The notes below the pieces were generated by a model. The model was given only the letters and a program-made list of their open reading frames with translations, was not told the origin of the DNA and ran no database searches. Source: Acidimicrobiia bacterium (lineage in GTDB: Bacteria; Actinomycetota; Acidimicrobiia; Spongiisociales; ZC4RG35). Taken from it: a DNA stretch of 64,000 bases. Position numbers and translations under genes: made by a program. This document shows positions 25,978-35,536 of this stretch, in pieces; within the stretch, counting starts at the first letter, position 1, and the number at the start of each line of letters is the position of its first letter. The stretch spans positions 10,802 through 74,801 of the forward strand of contig JAICNB010000003.1 of NCBI GenBank assembly GCA_025928935.1, in the 5' to 3' direction.

Positions 25978-27576
25978 GTGCAGGTTCTCCCCACCAAGCT
26001 GGACACGCGATCCGAGGAGTATCGAGCGAATCGGGCCGCCATGGAGGAGAAGCTCGCCGAGTTCGAGCAGCTCATGGAGCAGGCTCGTCAGGGCGGCGGG
26101 GTGAAGTACATCGAACGGCACCGGGGCCGGGGCAAGCTGCTGGCCCGGGAGCGGATCGAGCTACTCCTCGACCGGGACGCCCCTTTCCTCGAGCTCTCCA
26201 CCCTGGCCGCATGGGGGACCGACAAGAACCTTGGGGCCAACGTCGTCACCGGGATCGGAGTCGTCGAGGGTGTGGAGTGCGCAATCCTGGCCCACGACCC
26301 GACCAGCCAGGCCGGCTCGATGAACCGCTACTCGGTGACGAAGACCCTTCGCATCATGGATATCGCCATGGAGAACCGGCTCCCACTCCTCAACCTGGTC
26401 GAGTCGGGTGGAGCCGACCTCCCCGACCAGGCCGAGGTTTTCATCGTCGGAGGTAAGTGGTTCAGGAACTTGACCCGGCTCTCGAAGATGGGGATCCCCA
26501 CCATCGCCATCGTGTTCGGAAGCTCGACGGCCGGAGGCGCCTACTTCCCGGCGATGTGTGACTACGCCGTCATGGTCAAAGAGCAGGCCAAGGTGTTCCT
26601 GGGTGGGCCGCCGCTGGTGAAGATGGCGACCGGAGAGGAATCGACAGACGAGGAGTTGGGCGGTGCTGAGATGCACTCACGAGTCTCCGGTCTCTCCGAC
26701 TACTTCGCCCGGGACGAGCACGAGGCAATCCGAATGGGTCGGGACATCGTGTCACATCTCAACTGGCGCAAGCTGGGATACGGACCGACCAAAGAGGCCG
26801 ACCCGCCGGTGCACGAGGTCGACGAAATCCTCGGGGTGATCCCCTCCGACCTCCGGGTCCCGTTCGACATGCGTGAGATCCTGGCACGGGCCCTCGACGG
26901 CTCTCGTTTCGAGGAATACAAGGCTATGTACGGGACTTCGATCCTTACCGGGTGGGGCTCGATCCACGGTTTCCCGGTCGGCGTAATCGCCAATCAGCAG
27001 GGCGTGATCTTCTCTGAGGAGGCGCAGAAGGCGACCGAGTTCATCCTTCTGAGCAACCGGTACGACACACCGCTGATCTTCATCCACAACACGACCGGCT
27101 ACATGGTGGGGAAGGACTACGAGCAGCGCGGCATCATCAAGGATGGGGCGAAGATGGTCAACGCCGTCGCCAACTCCGAGGTGCCCCATATCGCGCTCAT
27201 GGCCGGGGTCTCCTACGGCGCCGGCAACTACGGCATGTCGGGCCGCTCCTATGACCCGCGCTTCGTCTTCGGCTACCCCAGCCACAAGGTGGCGGTGATG
27301 GGGCCCACCCAGCTGGCCGGCGTCATGTCGATCATCGCCCGTCAGGCCGCCGAGTCCCGTGGCGAGCCGTTCGACGAGGCGGCCGACGAGAAGCGCCGAA
27401 AGGAGATCGAGGCGCAGATCGAGGCCGAGGAGCAGGCCTACTTCTCCACGGCCCGGGTCCGAGATGACGGATTGATCGATCCTCGCGACACCAGGCACGT
27501 CCTCGGCATCGCTCTTTCGGCCACTCATTCCGGCGAGGTGAAGGGAACCGACCGCTTCGGCGTGTTCCGGATGTGA
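25978..27576 (+). CDS. acyl-CoA carboxylase carboxyltransferase (beta) subunit (methylcrotonyl-/propionyl-CoA carboxylase type)
   Basis: Two crotonase-like CT halves (GKLLARERIELLLD..., ...GGAYFPAMCDY..., ...SYGAGNYGM...). GTG 25978 is chosen as start. Confidence 0.85.
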   Translation: MQVLPTKLDTRSEEYRANRAAMEEKLAEFEQLMEQARQGGGVKYIERHRGRGKLLARERIELLLDRDAPFLELSTLAAWGTDKNLGANVVTGIGVVEGVECAILAHDPTSQAGSMNRYSVTKTLRIMDIAMENRLPLLNLVESGGADLPDQAEVFIVGGKWFRNLTRLSKMGIPTIAIVFGSSTAGGAYFPAMCDYAVMVKEQAKVFLGGPPLVKMATGEESTDEELGGAEMHSRVSGLSDYFARDEHEAIRMGRDIVSHLNWRKLGYGPTKEADPPVHEVDEILGVIPSDLRVPFDMREILARALDGSRFEEYKAMYGTSILTGWGSIHGFPVGVIANQQGVIFSEEAQKATEFILLSNRYDTPLIFIHNTTGYMVGKDYEQRGIIKDGAKMVNAVANSEVPHIALMAGVSYGAGNYGMSGRSYDPRFVFGYPSHKVAVMGPTQLAGVMSIIARQAAESRGEPFDEAADEKRRKEIEAQIEAEEQAYFSTARVRDDGLIDPRDTRHVLGIALSATHSGEVKGTDRFGVFRM

Positions 27577-27583
27577 TCAGCAA

Positions 27584-27626
27584 GCGTGTGCAGATCGACA
27601 CACCCAGCATGTTCATCTGCACACGC
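27584..27626. terminator. bidirectional stem-loop
   Basis: Perfect 12-bp stem GCGTGTGCAGAT / ATCTGCACACGC with a 19-nt loop, between convergent genes. Confidence 0.6.
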
Positions 27627-27627
27627 A

Positions 27628-28035
27628 TCAGCCGTCGATGAAGGAGAGCCTCACCTTCCTGGTCTGATTGTCGACGTTGGTGTCGACCAGGACGATCGAT
27701 TGCCACGTTCCAAGCGCCGGCCTCCCCTCGATCACCGGAATGATGATGCTGGGCGAGATGAAGGCGGGGAGAACATGGTCGCGCCCGTGGCCGGGGCTGC
27801 CATGCACATGACGCCACCGTCCCGCGTCGGCGGGGAGGAGGTCGTCGAGCGCGGTGAGCAGATCGTCATCGCTACCCGCCCCGGTCTCGATGATGGCCAC
27901 TCCGGCGGTGGCATGGGGAACGAAGACCGATACCAGGCCGTCGCCGTGGGATGACGCGAAACGGGCGACGTTGGCTGTGATGTCGAACACACCGGGGCGA
28001 CCCCCGGTGTGGACGACGATCTCCTCGCTGATCAC
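27628..28035 (-). CDS. YjbQ/UPF0047 family protein (secondary thiamine-phosphate synthase-like)
   Basis: 135 aa with FVPHATAGVAIIE...GHGRDHVLPAF...LGTWQSIVLVD, the typical YjbQ family pattern. Confidence 0.8.
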   Translation of the reverse strand: MISEEIVVHTGGRPGVFDITANVARFASSHGDGLVSVFVPHATAGVAIIETGAGSDDDLLTALDDLLPADAGRWRHVHGSPGHGRDHVLPAFISPSIIIPVIEGRPALGTWQSIVLVDTNVDNQTRKVRLSFIDG

Positions 28036-28047
28036 GATCGACCCAAG

Positions 28048-29370
28048 CTAACTCCGCGAGCGGCCGACCACCTCCGCGAGAGCGGCATGCGCCGCCGTCT
28101 CGGCCTCGTATGCCACCCGTATGGCTCCCGACATCGTGGTGAAGAGTTGGTCTAATTCTCCCTGGCCCAGCGGCAGATCCGCCTGGAACTCTCGGGCAAG
28201 GTCGGCCAACTCAGCCGCAGCTTCGGCGGCTTGCGTGTCCCCTGCATCGCCCCGCCGGACCGCCTCACGTCGTTTGCGTGCCAGTTCGGCAGCGCGGGTG
28301 AGCGGGTCGAACCCTTCGGGCAGACTGGAGTCCCCCACGTCGTCCCAGGCGTCGGATGCTTGTCGGTAGAGCCGGGCGACTTCCATCAGCTCGGGACGAT
28401 CCACCAGAGGCGCGACCGCGTGGAGGAACTCGGCGTACAAAGGCCGCAAGGAGCCACCCTCGATCCCGACTTCGGAGACAGCATCGTGCGTGCTGCGGAG
28501 CGCGTCCCAGAGCCCCTGGCGGTCGGCGAAGACGTTGCGCCACCCTTTGGCCGCCTTCGAGTCCACCATGCGCCCCCACTTGGCAAAGGCGGGCAGTGCG
28601 AACGAGTCGGACTTCGATTCCAGATGAGACACGGCATCCGCGAGACCAGCTTCGATCGCCGCAGCCATGTCGCCCGGGCCGACCATGACCGGCGAATCGA
28701 TGGTCACCATCCGGTTCTTCCACGACGGGATACGGTTGCGAGCGGCCGCCAGCACTTCCTCATCTACGGTGAGTCGCCCGGAGTTGCGGTCGTATACCTC
28801 CACGAAACCCGCTCCCCGCCGCGTGACGACGATCGGATATCCCCACGTACCCCGCTCTTCTTCGGGCAGATGCCAATAGGGGAGGTCGGCGGCCGACACA
28901 TCGAGCATCACCGTGTGACCGGCCGCCAGGGCCGTCTCCAATTGTTGAGCCGCCTTGGTCGGGCCACCGGTCTGATCCCGTCGAAAAGCGATCCCGAGGC
29001 GTTCGAGGGTGATGTCCACCCATCGGTCCGGGTACTGCCAGTTGTTGCGAAACCCGATCGTGACCACCCTGCGCACCGGGACACCCGGAATCGGCTTGTG
29101 GTCGGTCTCGTGGGAGAACTCCCACAGGATGTACCCGGCGCCGAGCCCTCCGCCTATGCCGAGTAGCAAGGCTTCGGGGATCGGCCGACCGTCGTGGGTG
29201 ACACCGGAATCCGCCAAGACTCTGGCAAGTGCGGAGGTGTCGGGGTGGATTCCGACTCCGACTTCCTCCGCCATACCGATGACGTGGCGTCGGGCGGTCA
29301 TGTAGCTCTCACCGGTCCGGTCAGCGCGGGCGCGTATGCGCTGCTTGAGCTTCTTCTGCTTGGTCATCAT
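28048..29370 (-). CDS. BtrH_N / DUF4872-like protein with basic N-terminal helical leader
   Basis: ATG 29370 has AGGAG 5 nt upstream. The N-terminus is MMTKQKKLKQRIRARADRTGESYMTARRHV. It is followed by IHPDTSALARVLADSG...LLLGIGGGLGAGYILWEF, which resembles the BtrH N-terminal domain. The assignment is tentative. Confidence 0.5.
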   Translation of the reverse strand: MMTKQKKLKQRIRARADRTGESYMTARRHVIGMAEEVGVGIHPDTSALARVLADSGVTHDGRPIPEALLLGIGGGLGAGYILWEFSHETDHKPIPGVPVRRVVTIGFRNNWQYPDRWVDITLERLGIAFRRDQTGGPTKAAQQLETALAAGHTVMLDVSAADLPYWHLPEEERGTWGYPIVVTRRGAGFVEVYDRNSGRLTVDEEVLAAARNRIPSWKNRMVTIDSPVMVGPGDMAAAIEAGLADAVSHLESKSDSFALPAFAKWGRMVDSKAAKGWRNVFADRQGLWDALRSTHDAVSEVGIEGGSLRPLYAEFLHAVAPLVDRPELMEVARLYRQASDAWDDVGDSSLPEGFDPLTRAAELARKRREAVRRGDAGDTQAAEAAAELADLAREFQADLPLGQGELDQLFTTMSGAIRVAYEAETAAHAALAEVVGRSRS

Positions 29371-29548
29371 CCGTCTCCTGACGCGCCGCATCGGGCCCAC
29401 ACCCCATCTGCGACCGTCCCAGGACGACGACATCTCGACGCTCCGATGGCAATGAGGGCCACCTTCTCCTGCGCGATGCCGGGCGGTGTGGGCGACCGGT
29501 CAGCAGGTGAGGCGATGGAGCTCGCCTTCTTTGAAGGCTACACCGACA

Positions 29549-29900
29549 TCAATTGGCCCGCTCCGCCGCCTCGGCTAACCAGGTGGCCACCTCATCATCG
29601 ATGTCGGAGACCTGATGGATCTCGAGATGGTGGATCCAATGCTTCGGCGAAGGGTGGGCCACCTCCTTGAAGCGCGCCGAGACATCATGACGTTCCAGGG
29701 CTATGGAAAGGACGACCTGTGCGTCTGGATCCCTCAGGTATTGGGCCCGGCGCCCACAGATAAGCGAACCCTCGCTTACGCCTGAAGGCGATCTGGCTCT
29801 TCGTGGTGCGGACCTCGATATCGCCGCCGAGAATGGCCCTGACCCGGTCGTAGACATCAAGACCAACCTCGTTCCCGGCGAAGAGCTCGGCCGGAGTCAA
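29549..29900 (-). pseudogene. DUF5655-like gene split by a frameshift
   Basis: ORF 29685..29900 (…EVRTTKSQIAFRRKRGFAYLW) and ORF 29549..29866 (…YLRDPDAQVVLSIALERHD…HHLEI…DDEVATWLAEA) are consecutive parts of one family pattern in different frames. The junction lies in the GC run near 29745..29760. Confidence 0.6.
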
Positions 29901-29915
29901 CGAGCCGTGGCTTGC

Positions 29916-30623
29916 CTAGCCGGCGAAGTCGACCACCACGTCGCGGTAACCCAGACCGAGAAGGAAGTTGGTGAGCACCTGGCGGGCATTGGCCTCGGCG
30001 TCCTCGAGGATTCCGTCGGCCAGAGCCCCTTCGACGAGGACCTCCTGCGCGACCTGGCGGGCATCGCTCTCCAGACGAGGGTCACCCTTGGTGAACAGAC
30101 CCGTCTCACGATCGAGGATCTGGGTCGCCTCATTGTCTACCGAGACGTACTGGATCTGCGCGGCGGGAACGGTTATCTCGACGACACCCTGATCGTCCAG
30201 TGAGACGTTCCTGACGGTGATGCCATTCAGATCGATGCCGGCGCCGATCTTCGCCACGGCGAACAGCTGCAGGCTGTCGCCCCGGGCCCAATCCAGCCAG
30301 CCGCGATCGGTCCCCTTGTCGACGATGGTGTACTGGACCGACTCCACCGTGGTCAGGTTGGACAGGTCGCGGATCGAGCTGATAACGACCGGGCCGATCT
30401 CCTCGTAAGGCTCCGGCTCGAATACGGCGGCGATATCGCTCGGCGTGGGCACGGCGTCGGCCAGGTCCTGAAGGCTGGAGACGATCCAGATGCCGATGAC
30501 GACGAACAGGGCGACGACACCGAGGACAATGGCGATCGGGATGAACCCCGACCTCTTCCTGGGCTGTGGCTCGACCGGTTGAACGGCCTGCTCTTGCCTC
30601 TCCAACAGCTTTGTGTCATTCAT
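29916..30623 (-). CDS. DUF4230 domain membrane-anchored protein
   Basis: One N-terminal TM helix (FIPIAIVLGVVALFVVIGIWIV), then a pattern (…LFAVAKIGAGIDL…) typical of DUF4230. Confidence 0.6.
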   Translation of the reverse strand: MNDTKLLERQEQAVQPVEPQPRKRSGFIPIAIVLGVVALFVVIGIWIVSSLQDLADAVPTPSDIAAVFEPEPYEEIGPVVISSIRDLSNLTTVESVQYTIVDKGTDRGWLDWARGDSLQLFAVAKIGAGIDLNGITVRNVSLDDQGVVEITVPAAQIQYVSVDNEATQILDRETGLFTKGDPRLESDARQVAQEVLVEGALADGILEDAEANARQVLTNFLLGLGYRDVVVDFAG

Positions 30624-30715
30624 TCGGCGCGACTCCTGGACTCAGTTGGTTATGACGACAGCTCTATGACGCTCCGGAGGCGGAAATGGTTTCCGCCGGT
30701 ACGCTCATCGGGCCG

Positions 30716-32674
30716 ATGATCCGGAGACTCCTCGTGGCCAACCGTGGCGAGATCGCCCGCCGGATCCACCGCACCTGTCGCCGGATGGCGATTGAGACGG
30801 TTGCTGTCTTCTCGGACCCCGATGGGGGCGAGCCGCACGTTTCGGAGGCGGATCATTCGGTAAACCTTCCCGGCTCCACCGCCACCGAAACCTATCTCGA
30901 CATCGACGCCGTGCTGGCGGCTATAAAGCAATCCGCAGCAGACGCGGTCCATCCCGGATACGGATTCCTGGCCGAGAATGCCGAGTTCGCCCGTCGGGTG
31001 ATCGAAGAGGGCATCACCTGGATCGGCCCCTCGCCTCGAGCCATCGACGTGATGGGCTCCAAGCTGCGGTCCAAGGCAGTGGTGGATCGAGCCGGCGTGC
31101 CCATCCTTCGGGCGATCGACCTGACCGGGATGTCCGATGGTGAGTCGGAAGCCGCCGCCGATGAGCTCGGGTACCCGGTCCTGGTCAAGGCGTCGGCCGG
31201 GGGTGGAGGCAAGGGGATGAGGATCGTGGCCGATCCCGGTGATCTGCTCGATTCGGTCGCAGGAGCCCGGCGTGAGGCGGCGGCGTCATTCGGCGACGAC
31301 ACCGTCTTCCTCGAGAAGTACCTGAAGGCGCCCCGTCACGTCGAGATCCAGGTCTTGGGTGACTCCCAGGGCCGGATCATCTCCCTCTTCGAGAGGGAAT
31401 GCTCGATCCAACGCCGGCATCAGAAGATCATCGAAGAGTCCCCGTCCCCCGCCGTGGACAGCGAACTGCGCGAGATCATGGGATCGACGGCGGTGGCCGC
31501 CGCAGCCGCCGTCGGCTACCTCGGGGCAGGGACAGTCGAGTTCCTCCTGGAGGACGACCAGTTCTTCTTCCTCGAGATGAACACCCGACTCCAGGTCGAG
31601 CACCCGGTCACCGAGATGATCACCGGCCTCGATCTCGTGCAGCTTCAGATCGAGATCGCCGGCGGTGCTCCCCTCGAAGTGATGCCCGAGATCTCCGGGC
31701 ACGCCATCGAGGCGCGCCTCTACGCCGAGGACCCCAGAAATGACTTTCTCCCCGCTACCGGACAGGTCCATGCCTTTGCGTTCCAGGTGTCACCAGGTCT
31801 TCGCGTCGACTCAGGAGTCGAGTCCGGGTCGTTCGTCACCGTCTTCTATGACCCGATGATGGCCAAGGTCATCGCCCATGCCCCGACCCGGGATCTGGCC
31901 GCCGACACGCTGGCACGCTCGCTACGGGAGGCAAAGATCCACGGCCCGACCACCAACCGCGACCTGCTCGTCCGGATCCTCGAGCACGAGGAGTTCAGGG
32001 CCGGGCAGACCGACACTCATTTCTTGGAGCGTCACGACCCGTCGGATCTGGGCCGGCCCCTGGTGGATGCCGAGGGCGAGCGTCTGTCCGCGGTGGCGGC
32101 GGCACTGGCCGACCAGGCGCACGAACGTGCCCGCACCCGGGTTCTGGCCACGATCCCGTCAGGGTGGCGCAACCGCCCCGGCCAATTCCAGGAGCGGGGC
32201 TATCGGGGCGAGCACGGCGACCATCACATCGGCTACTCGCTGTCGGGTTCACCGATCGTGAACGGGTGGGGCCCGATCGACCTCACCACCTGCACTCCCG
32301 AGTTGGTGGAAGTCGGCATCGACGGGCTCGATCACTCCTTCCAGGTCGCCCGTTACGGCGAGATTCGCCACGTCGATTCCGACGTGGGACCGGTTCGCCT
32401 CGAGGTCATTCCCCGTTACCCCGCCGCCGACCGGTCGGAGGCGCCCGGGTCGCTTCATGCCCCCATGCCGGGTCGGGTGACGCGAGTGGAAGTGGTGGTG
32501 GGCGACGGAGTCGAGACGGGCCAGGTGCTCCTCGTGATGGAGGCGATGAAGATGGAGCACACCCTCCGTGCTCCCCACTCGGGGACGATCACCGAGGTCG
32601 ACTGCGTAGGGGGCGACCAGGTAGAGGCCGGAGCGGTGTTGGTGGTCATCTCCGAGCCGTCAACCTCAGGTTGA
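30716..32674 (+). CDS. acyl-CoA carboxylase alpha subunit (biotin carboxylase + BCCP domain)
   Basis: Motifs RRLLVANRGEIARRI, an ATP-grasp region (YPVLVKASAGGGGKGMR, FLEMNTRLQVEHPVTE) and C-terminal EAMKMEH (biotinyl-Lys). Confidence 0.9.
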   Translation: MIRRLLVANRGEIARRIHRTCRRMAIETVAVFSDPDGGEPHVSEADHSVNLPGSTATETYLDIDAVLAAIKQSAADAVHPGYGFLAENAEFARRVIEEGITWIGPSPRAIDVMGSKLRSKAVVDRAGVPILRAIDLTGMSDGESEAAADELGYPVLVKASAGGGGKGMRIVADPGDLLDSVAGARREAAASFGDDTVFLEKYLKAPRHVEIQVLGDSQGRIISLFERECSIQRRHQKIIEESPSPAVDSELREIMGSTAVAAAAAVGYLGAGTVEFLLEDDQFFFLEMNTRLQVEHPVTEMITGLDLVQLQIEIAGGAPLEVMPEISGHAIEARLYAEDPRNDFLPATGQVHAFAFQVSPGLRVDSGVESGSFVTVFYDPMMAKVIAHAPTRDLAADTLARSLREAKIHGPTTNRDLLVRILEHEEFRAGQTDTHFLERHDPSDLGRPLVDAEGERLSAVAAALADQAHERARTRVLATIPSGWRNRPGQFQERGYRGEHGDHHIGYSLSGSPIVNGWGPIDLTTCTPELVEVGIDGLDHSFQVARYGEIRHVDSDVGPVRLEVIPRYPAADRSEAPGSLHAPMPGRVTRVEVVVGDGVETGQVLLVMEAMKMEHTLRAPHSGTITEVDCVGGDQVEAGAVLVVISEPSTSG

Positions 32675-32704
32675 CAGGTTCCCCACCGTCAACCTACGAT
32701 TGAC
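32659..32704. promoter_or_regulatory. two direct copies of a ~19-bp palindrome-containing site upstream of the HTH/Clp_N gene
   Basis: CCGTCAACCTCAGGTTGAC (palindrome GTCAACCT-C-AGGTTGAC, 32659..32675) and CCGTCAACCTACGATTGAC (32688..32704). The copies are 29 bp apart. The second ends 2 nt before ATG 32707. Confidence 0.5.
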
Positions 32705-32706
32705 GC

Positions 32707-33390
32707 ATGAAGCCACTCCAACTCGAGGATCTCGTTGCCATGGTCGAAGACGAGACGCCGAGGGAACAACCCATGCAGCACCTCGTCGATTCGGTGCAGC
32801 TGGCCGAGCACCTCACTTCATTGGCCGACGAACTCGTCGGGCATTACGTCGATCAGGCGCGGGATGAAGGAGCTTCCTGGGCCGAGATCGGCAAGGCCCT
32901 CGGAGTGACCAAGCAGGCGGTGCAGAAGAGGTTCGTGTCGAGGCGGGTGCCAGGAGACAGCAAAGCCCTTTTCACGAGGTTCGACGACGAGGCCAGAGCC
33001 ATCGTGGTCGACTCGATGACCCTGGCCCGGGAGGGAGGCCATGCCCAGGTCACGACCGGTCACATCGTGCTCGCCCTGATCGCCGATGACGCCAATCGGG
33101 TCGCGTGCGCCCTCAAGAGCGGTGGCGTGCCGATCGATCGGGTCCGCACCGCGATCATCGAGGGGCTGGGACCCGGTCAGGATGACCTGCCCGACCATCT
33201 GCCGTGGGGCCCGGATTCGAAGAAGGCCCTGGAGCTTTCCTTACGCGAGGCGTTTCGGAGACAGGCCGAGATGATTCGCCCCGAGCACATCCTCCTCGGA
33301 GTCCTTCGCGACAAGACGTCGCTCGGCGGTAAGGCGCTGACCGACCATGGGGCCGACCGACGCAAGATCGCCTCGTCAGTCGGGGAATGA
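32707..33390 (+). CDS. Clp N-terminal (Clp_N repeat) domain protein with N-terminal HTH-like segment
   Basis: ASWAEIGKALGVTKQAVQKRF is HTH-like. Two Clp_N repeats follow (FTRFDDEARAIVVDSMTLAREGGHAQVTTGHIVLALI; SKKALELSLREAFRRQAEMIRPEHILLGVL). Confidence 0.75.
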   Translation: MKPLQLEDLVAMVEDETPREQPMQHLVDSVQLAEHLTSLADELVGHYVDQARDEGASWAEIGKALGVTKQAVQKRFVSRRVPGDSKALFTRFDDEARAIVVDSMTLAREGGHAQVTTGHIVLALIADDANRVACALKSGGVPIDRVRTAIIEGLGPGQDDLPDHLPWGPDSKKALELSLREAFRRQAEMIRPEHILLGVLRDKTSLGGKALTDHGADRRKIASSVGE

Positions 33391-34599
33391 ACGCAGGATC
33401 CCCAATACCTCGTCGATGTCGGAATCGGTGTGGTCGGCATTGACCTGGAATCGGATCTCCTCGTCACCCTTCGGCACCACTGGGTAGTTGAGGCCAGTGG
33501 CGAGCACCCCGTTGTCGTAGAGATGACGGACCAGGGTGGCGGTGCGATCGGTGTCCCGAATCATCAGTGGCACCACCGGGTGGGGCCCGGGGATCGTCTC
33601 CAGACCGAGATCGACCAGCCCCGACTCGAACCTGGCGGTCATGGCGGCGAGATGGGCCAGCATCATGCGTCCCTCAGCCGAGTCGACCACGGACACCGCG
33701 GCGGCGGCCGCGGCCGCCTCTCCCACCGTGATCGGGTTGGAGTAGATGTACATCGGCGCCTTTTCCCTCAGGAAGTCGGCCAGCTCCTGGCTCCCGGCGA
33801 CATACCCGCCGTTGACCCCGAATGCCTTGCCCAGGGTGCCGATCAGGATGTCGACAGCGCCGGCGCCCGTGATCTCCTCGGTCCCACGCCCCGTCTCGCC
33901 GAAGGCACCGACGCCGTGGGAGTCGTCGACGACAAGGACGACTCCTTCCTCGAAATCGGTGTCATGAGCGCGGGCGAGATCCATGAGCGTGGACACGTCG
34001 GCGTAGTCCCCCCGCATGGAGAACACACCGTCGGTGACGATGATGGCCCGTTGGACAGTGTCCGTGGCGTCGTCGAGGAGCGAGTCGAGCGCCTCAAAGT
34101 CGAGGTGGGCATACACCTCCCGGGCCGCGGGCCGGGCCATGCGGAGGGCGTTGATGATGCAGTTGTGGTTGAGCTCGTCGCTCAACACGAGGGTGTCGGG
34201 CGTGATGAGCGAATTGAGCGTCGAGACCACCGCGGCGTAGGCGGAGGAGAAGATGACCGCGGCGGGCCGTGCGTGGAAGTCGGCGAGCCTGGCCTCCAGG
34301 TCCAAGTGGGCCCGGTAGGTCCCGGAGATGAAGCGGACTGCCCCAGGTCCGGCTCCGAACTCCCTGGTCCCTGTCTCCTCCGCTTCAACGACGACAGGAT
34401 GACCGGCCATACCCAGATACCCGTTCGAGTTCATCCTGATGTAGGACCGGTCCCTGCCCTCGAGCCGGTAACGAGGGCCCTTCCCATCGCGAGCCGGCTC
34501 GATGCCGACGATCACAGCCTCGGAGCCCTTGGCGGTGCCGGTCTGGCGCAATGACTCGACCTCGCCGGCGAGGATCGGGTCCAGGCGTTCGTTGGGCAT
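33376..34599 (-). CDS. alpha-oxoamine synthase family PLP enzyme (glycine C-acetyltransferase / 8-amino-7-oxononanoate synthase)
   Basis: Motifs NGYLGM, RFISGT, DDSHGVGAFGETGRG and GTLGKAFG (PLP Lys). Kbl and BioF cannot be distinguished by eye. Confidence 0.85.
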   Translation of the reverse strand: MPNERLDPILAGEVESLRQTGTAKGSEAVIVGIEPARDGKGPRYRLEGRDRSYIRMNSNGYLGMAGHPVVVEAEETGTREFGAGPGAVRFISGTYRAHLDLEARLADFHARPAAVIFSSAYAAVVSTLNSLITPDTLVLSDELNHNCIINALRMARPAAREVYAHLDFEALDSLLDDATDTVQRAIIVTDGVFSMRGDYADVSTLMDLARAHDTDFEEGVVLVVDDSHGVGAFGETGRGTEEITGAGAVDILIGTLGKAFGVNGGYVAGSQELADFLREKAPMYIYSNPITVGEAAAAAAAVSVVDSAEGRMMLAHLAAMTARFESGLVDLGLETIPGPHPVVPLMIRDTDRTATLVRHLYDNGVLATGLNYPVVPKGDEEIRFQVNADHTDSDIDEVLGILRSFPD

Positions 34600-34635
34600 G
34601 GGCCGGGGTCTAGCACACCCCTAGAGTCCCCTGCC

Positions 34636-35526
34636 ATGACCCGTGTCGGTTTCGTCGGGCTCGGCACCATGGGCCACGCCATGGCAGCCAATCTGCTCAT
34701 GGCCGGCAACAGCCTCACGGTGTGGAACCGAACCCCGGAGAAGGCTGTGGACCTCGTTTGCGAAGTGGCAGCCGATCCGGTCGCGCTCGGGAAGAAGAGT
34801 GACATCGTTTTCGTCTGTGTCTCCGACACACCAGACGTCGAAGAGGTCGTCTTCGGTGAGAAGGGGGTGATCCACGGGCTCGAGGATGGCGCCCTCGTCG
34901 TCGACCACTCCACGATCTCCCCCGTGGCGACGAAGCGGCTGGCGGCTCGCGCCGCCGAGTCCGGTGTCGCCTGGCTGGACGCCCCTGTGTCCGGAGGGGC
35001 CGAAGGAGCACAGAACGGGACTCTGGCCGTCATGGTCGGCGGTCCGGCCGAAGCCCTCGACCGGGCGCGGCCTTACATGGGGGCGTACTCGAAGACCATT
35101 ACCCACATCGGCGAGGAGCCGGGGTCGGGGCAAATGGCAAAGGCGGTCAATCAGGTGCTCGTGGTACTCAACGAACTGGCGGCCTCGGAGGCGCTACTTC
35201 TCGCCCAGGCCGCTGGCCTCGATCTCCACAGCACGGTGGCTGCAGTCGAAGGTGGGGCGGCAGGCTCCTGGATGCTGTCAAACCGAGGCCCGCAGATGAT
35301 CGCACGCGACTGGCGGCCGGGATTCACCATCGACCTCCAGCTGAAGGATCTTCGCATCGTGCTCGATGCCGCCGACGAGCTGGGTGTGCCTCTCCCCGGC
35401 GTCTCACTCACCTTCCAGCTCTACAGGGCTCTCCAGGCTCAGGGTCTCGGCTCCGAGGGGAACCACGCCCTGGTCAAGGCGCTGGAGCAATTGGCGGGGA
35501 TCGAGCTGGGCGGCGAGCGAAAGTAG
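34636..35526 (+). CDS. NAD(P)-dependent 3-hydroxyisobutyrate / 2-hydroxy-3-oxopropionate dehydrogenase family
   Basis: Motifs VGFVGLGTMGHAMAANL, DAPVSGG and GSGQMAKAVNQ. Confidence 0.85.
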   Translation: MTRVGFVGLGTMGHAMAANLLMAGNSLTVWNRTPEKAVDLVCEVAADPVALGKKSDIVFVCVSDTPDVEEVVFGEKGVIHGLEDGALVVDHSTISPVATKRLAARAAESGVAWLDAPVSGGAEGAQNGTLAVMVGGPAEALDRARPYMGAYSKTITHIGEEPGSGQMAKAVNQVLVVLNELAASEALLLAQAAGLDLHSTVAAVEGGAAGSWMLSNRGPQMIARDWRPGFTIDLQLKDLRIVLDAADELGVPLPGVSLTFQLYRALQAQGLGSEGNHALVKALEQLAGIELGGERK

Positions 35527-35536
35527 GGAACGCCGC

